Source: Terriglobia bacterium (GTDB lineage: Bacteria; Acidobacteriota; Terriglobia; Terriglobales; Acidobacteriaceae). From it: 64,000 nucleotides of DNA. The notes under the pieces were generated by a model. The model was not told the origin of the DNA, made no database searches, and was given only the letters and a program-made list of their open reading frames with translations. Each line of letters starts with the position of its first letter. Position 1 is the first letter of the stretch. Positions 53,808 through 61,181 of the stretch are shown here, in pieces. The position numbers were made by a program, and so were the translations under genes. The stretch is taken from the NCBI GenBank assembly GCA_020073525.1, contig JAIQFA010000030.1, positions 4,496 to 68,495 of the forward strand, read 5' to 3'.

Positions 53808-54410
53808 ATGCAAAAAGTTGAAGCGCAGCCCGTCTTCCTGAACATCCCGTACGACAAACGTTTCGAGCGGCTGTACCTTGCCTACATCACAGCCTTGAGC
53901 GCGATGGGCTTTCTGCCGCAGGCGACGCTCGGCATTGCCGGCAATCGCCGGCTCGACCGCATCGCATCGCTCATCGAAAGCTGTTCATTTTCGATTCACG
54001 ACCTTTCCCGCGTGCAACTTGATCGCAACCCTCCCTCCACACCACGTTTCAACATGCCCCTCGAACTTGGCTTAGCCGTGGCATGGGCTCGTGCCAATCC
54101 GCAGCACAAGTGGTTTGTCTTCGAGTCGATGAATCGTCGTTTAGCAAAATCCATGAGCGATTTGGATGGGACGGACCCCTACATCCATGACGGCACGGTG
54201 CGCGGCGTCATGCGCGAGGTATGCAACGCGTTCGTCAGCCCTCACCAGCCCACTGTGCCACAAATGATGAAGATGTATCGCGACCTCCGGCGCGGCGTTC
54301 CAAAGATCCTGCACAATGCTGGGACGCGGACATTGTTCACCGCTCGAGTGTTCTCGGATCTCTGTGTGGCCAGCGCGGGGTTGCGCAGCAAGTATGTGCG
54401 AACAAAGTGA
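53808..54410 (+). CDS. Hypothetical protein, possible flavodoxin-like (TIR/nucleoside-deoxyribosyltransferase-like) N-terminal domain
   Basis: 200 aa. Alternating beta/alpha pattern PVFLNIPY...LIESCSFSIHDLS...RFNMPLELGLAVAW...KWFVFES. No motif I can assign with confidence. Confidence 0.45.
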   Translation: MQKVEAQPVFLNIPYDKRFERLYLAYITALSAMGFLPQATLGIAGNRRLDRIASLIESCSFSIHDLSRVQLDRNPPSTPRFNMPLELGLAVAWARANPQHKWFVFESMNRRLAKSMSDLDGTDPYIHDGTVRGVMREVCNAFVSPHQPTVPQMMKMYRDLRRGVPKILHNAGTRTLFTARVFSDLCVASAGLRSKYVRTK

Positions 54411-54446
54411 GGCAGGCGTATTTGACATGCTCGGAATTGGTAGAAC

Positions 54447-56513
54447 TCAGTCGTCCGCGCTGACGGTAGACTGCCCGGCGGTCGCGGGCGAGGGCGTCCG
54501 CGCCACACTCACTTCCTGGTCCTTGTACTGCAGCTGATAGAGCTTGTAATAAATCCCGCGCTGGGCCAGCAGTTGCTGGTGCGACCCCATTTCGCGGACC
54601 TGGCCCTTGTGCATCACGATGATCTTGTCGGCGCGCTGGATGGTCGACAACCGGTGCGCGATGATCAGCGCTGTCCGCCCTTCCACCATGCGATTGAGCG
54701 CGTCACGCACACGAAACTCCGTTTCTGTATCGACGCTTGACGTCGCTTCATCGAGAATCAGAATCTTCGGATTGTGCGCCAGTGCGCGCGCGAAACTGAT
54801 CAATTGTTTCTGTCCGGTCGAAAGCGTCGAGCCGCGTTCCCGCACTTCCTCCTTGAATCCTCCGGGCAAGGTTCGGATAAAGTCGGCTAGGTTGACGTCT
54901 TCGGCGGCCTGCTCTACGTCTGCGTCCTGAATGCGCGCTGTCCCCAGCCGGATGTTGCCTTCAACCGTGCCGCTGAATAGAAACGGATCCTGCAGGACAA
55001 CGCCGAAACGGCTGCGGAGGTCGTCGAGGCTCATCTCCTTGATATCGACGCCGTCGATGCGAATCGCTCCCCGCTGCACGTCGTAAAAGCGCATCAGCAG
55101 CGAGATCAGCGTGGTCTTGCCCGCTCCAGTATGGCCGACGACGGCAATCGTCTCGCCCGGCTCGAGCACAAAATTAACGTCGCGCAAAACCCAGTCAGGC
55201 TCACCAGTTTGTGGAGGAACAGATGCCTGTGTGGGGACGGGCGCCCCCGCCCGTCCAAGCCGACTCGAAGAGTCGGCAGGCTTCTCTGCCGCTGACTTGG
55301 TTCCATACGCAAACCACACATGATCGAATTCAATCCGCCCGGGTCCCTGCGGTTGCTTCGTGCTCGCCGGCGAGATCACTTCAATTTTCGTATCCAGCAG
55401 CTTGAACACGCGCTCGCCCGCCGCCATCGCCGACTGCAGGATGTTGTATTTCTCGCTCAAGTCTAGGATCGGACGGAAGAAACGCAGCGCGTACTGTATA
55501 AAGGCGGCCAGCACGCCGATCGACGCCACATCCTGCACGATGTGAAAAGTGAAAAGGCTCTTCCTTGAGAATCCAATAGCCACACTGGAAACGGCCGCGT
55601 GTCGGAGGATTCCATTCCCGCCGAACCAGATGATGCTGGCGATGGCGATCGACGACAAAAAGTCAACCACTGGGTAATACACGGAGTAGGCCATGATGGC
55701 GTCTTTGAATGCCTTCATGTGCGAGGCGTTGATGTCGGAAAATTTATTGAAGGCGCGCTTCTCGCGATTGAAAAGCTGCAACACCAGCATTCCCGAGACC
55801 GCTTCCTGCAAAAAAGAATTGATCCGGGCGATGGCGGTGCGGATGCGCCGGTAGGAATCGCGCACCTTGTCGCGAAAAATCAGGGTCGCGTACACGATGA
55901 GCGGAAGCACGGTGAAGGTGATGAGCGCCAGCTTCCAGTTCATCAACATCATGATGCCGATGATGCCGGCGAGCACGAAGACATCTTCAAAAATGGAGAC
56001 CACGCCCGCCGTGAACATTTCATTCAGTGCATCGACGTCGGTGGTCACGCGGGTCACGAGTCGCCCGACCGGGTTCTTGTCGAAAAACGCGACGTGGATG
56101 TGCTGCAAGTGGCGGAAAATCTGCCGGCGCAGATCGAACATCACTTTCTGCCCCGTCCACTGCATTAGGTAGGTCTGAATGAACTCCAGCGTGAAGGTGA
56201 AGATGAGAATTCCGACGTAGAGCCCGCCAATCTGCGCGATGCCGGTCAGCGGAGTGCTGCTCAGCCGGTCACCAATCCAGGAATGCGAGTTGGGCGACTT
56301 CGCCAGGTATTTATCGATGGCGATCATGGTGAGGAACGGCCCCAGCACGTCCAACCCCGACTTCAGGATGATTGCTGCCAGCGCCACCACCACGTGCCAC
56401 TTGTACGGACGTAGGTAGGTCAGCAGCCGCCGCATCAGCCGGCTGTCGTACGCTTTGCCTAGTACTTCTTCTTCCTGATTGGAGGCCATTTGCTGCCGGA
56501 GGTCCCGAGCCAA
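54447..56513 (-). CDS. ABC exporter, fused TMD-NBD (MsbA/lipid-exporter-like)
   Basis: 688 aa. Six-TM ABC_membrane domain; Walker A GHTGAGKTT, signature LSTGQKQ, Walker B ILILDEATS. About 30 extra residues between FAY and VLRDV, encoded by a repeat element. Confidence 0.9.
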   Translation of the reverse strand: MARDLRQQMASNQEEEVLGKAYDSRLMRRLLTYLRPYKWHVVVALAAIILKSGLDVLGPFLTMIAIDKYLAKSPNSHSWIGDRLSSTPLTGIAQIGGLYVGILIFTFTLEFIQTYLMQWTGQKVMFDLRRQIFRHLQHIHVAFFDKNPVGRLVTRVTTDVDALNEMFTAGVVSIFEDVFVLAGIIGIMMLMNWKLALITFTVLPLIVYATLIFRDKVRDSYRRIRTAIARINSFLQEAVSGMLVLQLFNREKRAFNKFSDINASHMKAFKDAIMAYSVYYPVVDFLSSIAIASIIWFGGNGILRHAAVSSVAIGFSRKSLFTFHIVQDVASIGVLAAFIQYALRFFRPILDLSEKYNILQSAMAAGERVFKLLDTKIEVISPASTKQPQGPGRIEFDHVWFAYGTKSAAEKPADSSSRLGRAGAPVPTQASVPPQTGEPDWVLRDVNFVLEPGETIAVVGHTGAGKTTLISLLMRFYDVQRGAIRIDGVDIKEMSLDDLRSRFGVVLQDPFLFSGTVEGNIRLGTARIQDADVEQAAEDVNLADFIRTLPGGFKEEVRERGSTLSTGQKQLISFARALAHNPKILILDEATSSVDTETEFRVRDALNRMVEGRTALIIAHRLSTIQRADKIIVMHKGQVREMGSHQQLLAQRGIYYKLYQLQYKDQEVSVARTPSPATAGQSTVSADD
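55225..55281. repeat. TGTGTGG..twin-hairpin element inside the ABC exporter NBD
   Basis: ggacgggcg-cccc-cgcccgtcc (55235-55256) and gccgactc-gaa-gagtcggc (55259-55277). Near-identical to 62051-62103. Translated from the opposite strand as PADSSSRLGRAGAPVPTQA. Confidence 0.85.
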
Positions 56514-56700
56514 AAGTAAAGATTACCCTAATTGGATTGCCGAACGGGACTCAGGATGGAAAAGTTGCGGGGCTGTCGACGACTATCGGTCAGCAGCGCC
56601 GGCGCACGTCGTAGAAAAGCGGACGGGATGGCCTGCTGTCGATCGCCTTCTTCTCCATCCATTCGGAAGGCGATCGAGCAACCTCGTTCTCTAGCCAGAA

Positions 56701-57828
56701 TTACTCCGGTACAGCTAACGGAATGCAAGTGGTAGCGGGCACGTCTTTCACCAGCGCGCCCTTGTTGTCCTCGAGATTCTGCTTGACCCATTTCGTGATG
56801 GGGTTCGTCAAGCCGACATTCGCAGTGAGGGCTGCCAAGGTGGCATCTCGCAGGTAATCCGACGGGGGGTGCGGGCCGGAACGGACAAAACCGACCGCTT
56901 GCAGGTTCTTGCCGCGCAGCACGGTCAAGCTGATCAGATCGCCTTCGCTTCCCATAACGGTTGGCGCAACGTTGTTGGGAAGCGCGGCCAGTTTCGGATT
57001 GTCGAGAATCTGGCGCATTTCATCGAGTTGAGCTTTGCTGAGGGTCTCGCGATAAACATCAGATTTTGCCAGTTTGCCGGCCTCCCGGACGCTCTTTTCA
57101 AAGCGATATCGGCCACTCTCATACACGACGGCGCATGTGCGCGTGATCTTGAAAGAGTTCACATCCATAGCCTCGGCGCTGTTCATCCCACCGATGGGTC
57201 CTATTGTCCCTTTCGCTCCGCTCACCGACGAGAAGGTATTTCCGCTGCCCAGTGGTTCGTAGTGGTCGACAACAATCCGCATGATGTAGGGGTTGGAGGC
57301 GTTGGGATTCGCCAACCCTCGGGCCGCAGGCGTTGTCTGTGGTGGTACGCATCGGGTGCTCGCTGCGCCCGCGATCAGATCTTGCTGCTGCTTGTTGACG
57401 TCCAGCCATTTCAGAATCGGATCGAGCTCCGATCGGAATGGTTTTCGGCTCTTGGGGTTCGGGAAAGTCAAGGTCTGCCAACCCTTTGCACGAGGGATGG
57501 TGAGCATGACTTGATCGATGTCTGCTCCCGCCACCGTCGACTCGATCTGGCCCTGCTGCAAGTCAACGAGTCGGTTGGCGGTTAGAAGCGGCTGGAGTTC
57601 CGTCAATGCTGGCGATGCAAGAGTCCCTTCAAAGATCCGAGGATGTCCAGCGGCAACGCGCTCGAGGTGATAGCGGCCGTCAGACAGGACCAGCATGCAG
57701 ACATCCTCTTCACGTGTCTGACGCTCCATACGGACTAAATAAGGGCTGCTGGTTTCTTGGGACTGGCAAACATCGGCAAAAACGAGAATTGAGAGGAGGG
57801 AAAGAATCAGGATCGATAACCTACGCAC
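56701..57828 (-). CDS. Secreted hypothetical protein made of two homologous halves
   Basis: 375 aa. GTG start after AGGAGG; signal peptide. Halves share C.(L/V)V..(D/S)GRY(H/R)(L/F)E...L...L.E(L/M)...L...KW(L/V) landmarks. Confidence 0.55.
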   Translation of the reverse strand: MRRLSILILSLLSILVFADVCQSQETSSPYLVRMERQTREEDVCMLVLSDGRYHLERVAAGHPRIFEGTLASPALTELQPLLTANRLVDLQQGQIESTVAGADIDQVMLTIPRAKGWQTLTFPNPKSRKPFRSELDPILKWLDVNKQQQDLIAGAASTRCVPPQTTPAARGLANPNASNPYIMRIVVDHYEPLGSGNTFSSVSGAKGTIGPIGGMNSAEAMDVNSFKITRTCAVVYESGRYRFEKSVREAGKLAKSDVYRETLSKAQLDEMRQILDNPKLAALPNNVAPTVMGSEGDLISLTVLRGKNLQAVGFVRSGPHPPSDYLRDATLAALTANVGLTNPITKWVKQNLEDNKGALVKDVPATTCIPLAVPE

Positions 57829-58118
57829 GGCAAGCCTCCTGAACAGGTCAATTCAACCAGAAAAGACAGCGAATGTATAGGACTTAGGACTGAGGAGGAC
57901 GTGTACCAAGATTATGCAATTGAGGGAGGAGTGCAGGGCGTGCGAGTTGACGACCGCCGACAAATACCGAGGAACAAAGAACGCGACTTGCCCTGATTTG
58001 ATAGGGACTATCCCCACAATACTGGTCCAAATCGATGGCCGAACTGCCGCGCGAGATGGAAAGGTTTTCGCGGGACATTGCGACGAGAACCGAAAATGAC
58101 GCAACCAGAACCGGGCCA

Positions 58119-58316
58119 CTATACAGCCTTCACGGTCTTCTTGACGGTTCGCGCCTGGGCCACCTGCTTGGCAGCCTTCGGAGGTTTGAAATCATGGTGC
58201 TTGCCGCACTTCGGACAGGCCGTGATCTTGGCATTGTGCTCGGCCATTTCGTTCAGGAAAGCCGAAAACGCCTGCCCGCAGTTGTCGCACAACAGGTCAC
58301 TTTTCTCGGCGCTCAT
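58119..58316 (-). CDS. Small zinc-ribbon protein (paralogue 2)
   Basis: 65 aa from MSAEKSDLLCDNCGQAFSAFLNEMAEHNAKITACPKCGKHHD. CxxC...CxxC. Start chosen by alignment with paralogue 1. Confidence 0.5.
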   Translation of the reverse strand: MSAEKSDLLCDNCGQAFSAFLNEMAEHNAKITACPKCGKHHDFKPPKAAKQVAQARTVKKTVKAV

Positions 58317-58432
58317 ATTGGCGCCGGTTTCGGGGCCCCTATCAGTTGTCATCCCCATTGGATGCCGATTGCTCCGGTAAGGAAGGCGTGCCATGAACCG
58401 GTTTTCGCCATAGCTGGTTCGTGGACTCGGTT

Positions 58433-58615
58433 TCAATGTGCTTTAGCCGCAGGCCTAACAGTCACGGGACGATCGCAGTCCCGGTTCGCCCTGCAGTTCG
58501 GGCACACCACCTTGGCATTCTTGTCAGCCATTTCGTGCAGGAAGGCGGAAAACGTTTGGCCGCAACGGTGACATAGGAGTTCAATTGAATCATTGTTCAC
58601 ATTTGCGCTGTTCAT
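58433..58615 (-). CDS. Small zinc-ribbon protein (paralogue 1)
   Basis: 60 aa, MNSANVNNDSIELLCHRCGQTFSAFLHEMADKNAKVVCPNCRANRDC. CxxC...CxxC. Shares the core LLC..CGQ.FSAFL.EMA..NAK...CP.C with the downstream gene. Confidence 0.5.
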   Translation of the reverse strand: MNSANVNNDSIELLCHRCGQTFSAFLHEMADKNAKVVCPNCRANRDCDRPVTVRPAAKAH

Positions 58616-59033
58616 GGTCCACCTCGGATTTCTTGAGTCCCTTGGCAGCGGGTTCCTGTCGACCCATTTTAACTGAGAGGCACTTAGCTCTCGTAGCGGC
58701 GCGGATATCGGAGAGCATGTCAGTCCATGCAAGGCTTCGCCCGGCATCCCGAGTTATTCGACGAGGCAAAAATATCGGGGTCTGCATGAAACGCCCCTAT
58801 TTAGGATTGTCGATTATGTAAAGAAGATTAACGTTAAACCCTGGTTCATTTCTTCTTGACAATAGAGCGGCAGTATTTCAAACTGCCTGCGTTCCCAGGA
58901 ACCTCGCTTCCTGGTGCTCATGCGTCGGCCTGCTTTCTCGTGGGGGTAAAGCAGCAGCGCCCGGGGAGCTCCGCACCGAGTTCGGCACTGCAGCCCAACA
59001 GTCAACCCAAGATTCAGAAAGGGAGTGTGCAGT

Positions 59034-61100
59034 ATGCGTATACGCTTGGTCAGCTTCTTTTCTTGCGCAGTCCTGCTGACGGTCGTCGTGTCAGCCTCGG
59101 CCGCCGCTAAACAAGCCGCGAAGCCGAAGATACCCGATGCGGTCGATGCCCGCGGCCATCACTTTGTGAACCGGACAGGACGAGTCTTTTATCACCAGGG
59201 AGTTCCGTTTCAAGTTGCCGGATCCAACAACTACTACCCCATGTATGTATCGCAGACCATGGTGGACGATCTGCTCACCACCGCAGCTGCGGACAATTTC
59301 AACGTCTTCCGTTTTTGGGGTTTTCTCGATATTGGCAACCAGGATGGCTCCAATTGCGTGGAGGGGCCGAATTGCCTCAATCACAACGGCGTTTATTTCC
59401 ACTATTGGAATGGCACCGAACCGGCGTTCAATGACGGAGCGACAGGTCTCGAACACCTCGATTACGTGATTTACCGAGCTGGCCAGCTGAACCTCAAGGT
59501 GATCATTCCCTTCATCAACAATTGGAGCGCCTTTGGCGGGGAAGACCAATACGTGCGCTGGCTGAACGGACAGTATCACGACCAGTTCTACACCGATCCG
59601 ACGATACGACAGTGGTATAAGGACTGGATTTCGCACCTGCTGAATCGGACGAACATCTACACCGGGATTCAGTACAAGAATGACGCGACCATCATGGCCT
59701 GGGACCTCGCCAATGAACCGCGTTGCGGTGGTTCGGGAGTGTACCCGACGTCCCCTGGCTGTACCACGGACACGTTGACCAGTTGGGCTGCTGACGTCAG
59801 TGCATACGTCAAGAGCATCGACAATAACCATTTGCTGTCAGCCGGGGACGAAGGCTTCTACTGCAAGAACCCATCCTCCAGTGACTTCACCATCAATTGC
59901 AGTCAGGGTGTGGATACGATTGCCCTGGCCAAGTTGCCGAACATGGATGCCATATCCTTCCACCTCTATCCCGATTCCTGGGGCAAGACCCCATCCTGGG
60001 GCACGACATGGATCAAGAGGCACATTCAGGATTCGCAGCGGCTGGGCGATCGTGCCGTGCTCGGCGAATTCGGCATCCGGAACAAATCCAAGCGCAATCC
60101 CATTTACCAGAAATGGGAAGACCAGGTCGTCGCAAACAATGGAGCCGGCGCGCTCTACTGGATCCTCTCCGACAAGCAAGACGATGGAACTCTTTATCCT
60201 GACTTCGACGGCTTCACCGTTTACTGTCCGTCCCCGGTGTGCCTGGCGTTCACCAACTTTGCCCGCGGCGTGCAGGGTTTGCCGGTGAACTATTCACCAG
60301 TCGCGGACAATGACGCGGCCTCGACGCCCAACAACACTCCGGTCGCCGTGAACGTTGTGCAGAACGACATCACCTACCAGGGCGTGCCGCTCAACATAAA
60401 TTCCGTGGATCTCGATCCCTCCACCCCAGGCCAGCAGACGCAATTTACGACGGCCTTTGGCACTTACGTCCTGAAAAATGGCGGCAGGGTGCGATTTACA
60501 CCCGCCTCCGTCTGTACCTCGGGGAACGTGAGTACTCCCTACATTGTGATGGATGGGCAGGGACGGATCTCGAACCCCGCCAACATCACCATCACGATTG
60601 CGGGCATAACCGGCGAGCTTTACAACTTTGAAGACGGCACCGACACCTGGACGGCGGCCAGCTTCAATTCTGGTGCGGGTACAACGGCGCAGAGCACCAT
60701 CGACGCCACCAGTTGCACGCACAGTCTGCAGGTCACGGTGCCTGCGAACCAAGGCGGCTGGTTCGGCCCCGCTTACAACACTCCACCACTCCCACTCTCT
60801 TTAACCGGTGTTAGCCACATATTGATGGATATCACGACCACGAACTCTGGAACCTCGCAATCCGTGGCCGTTCAGGTAGGCAGTGATTTTCACTGGTGCC
60901 AGACTGACTTCGGCTTCATCAACTCGGGAACCGCCACCACGGTAAACGTCGATCTGGCGAGCTTGTTGGTCTCGGCATCGGCCTGCGGCGGAACCCTGCC
61001 GAACGACACCAGCACCCTGCAGGGTCTATGGGTGTTCTTCAACGACGGCGGCAGCGGCAACGGCGGTACGTTCTACCTCGATAACGTGAGAACCCAGTAG
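59034..61100 (+). CDS. Secreted GH5 glycoside hydrolase (beta-mannanase-like) with Ig/cadherin-like and CBM-like C-terminal domains
   Basis: Signal peptide MRIRLVSFFSCAVLL. FNVFRFWGF, acid/base WDLANEPRC, nucleophile VLGEFG. Then VADNDAASTPNNTPVAVNVVQNDI (cadherin-like) and a ~170-aa beta-sandwich tail. Confidence 0.85.
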   Translation: MRIRLVSFFSCAVLLTVVVSASAAAKQAAKPKIPDAVDARGHHFVNRTGRVFYHQGVPFQVAGSNNYYPMYVSQTMVDDLLTTAAADNFNVFRFWGFLDIGNQDGSNCVEGPNCLNHNGVYFHYWNGTEPAFNDGATGLEHLDYVIYRAGQLNLKVIIPFINNWSAFGGEDQYVRWLNGQYHDQFYTDPTIRQWYKDWISHLLNRTNIYTGIQYKNDATIMAWDLANEPRCGGSGVYPTSPGCTTDTLTSWAADVSAYVKSIDNNHLLSAGDEGFYCKNPSSSDFTINCSQGVDTIALAKLPNMDAISFHLYPDSWGKTPSWGTTWIKRHIQDSQRLGDRAVLGEFGIRNKSKRNPIYQKWEDQVVANNGAGALYWILSDKQDDGTLYPDFDGFTVYCPSPVCLAFTNFARGVQGLPVNYSPVADNDAASTPNNTPVAVNVVQNDITYQGVPLNINSVDLDPSTPGQQTQFTTAFGTYVLKNGGRVRFTPASVCTSGNVSTPYIVMDGQGRISNPANITITIAGITGELYNFEDGTDTWTAASFNSGAGTTAQSTIDATSCTHSLQVTVPANQGGWFGPAYNTPPLPLSLTGVSHILMDITTTNSGTSQSVAVQVGSDFHWCQTDFGFINSGTATTVNVDLASLLVSASACGGTLPNDTSTLQGLWVFFNDGGSGNGGTFYLDNVRTQ

Positions 61101-61181
61101 CTCCATCCTTCTTAAGGGTGCGCCCCGTCCAAGCTCCGCTTGGGCGGGGTATTCGTGCCGTCCCATACAATAAACGGCAGC

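Noticed and set aside
58855-58884. TTGACA hexamer upstream of the GH5 gene as a promoter
   Set aside because: No acceptable -10 hexamer lies at 16-18-nt spacing (the candidates are caaact and tatttc), so it was not called.
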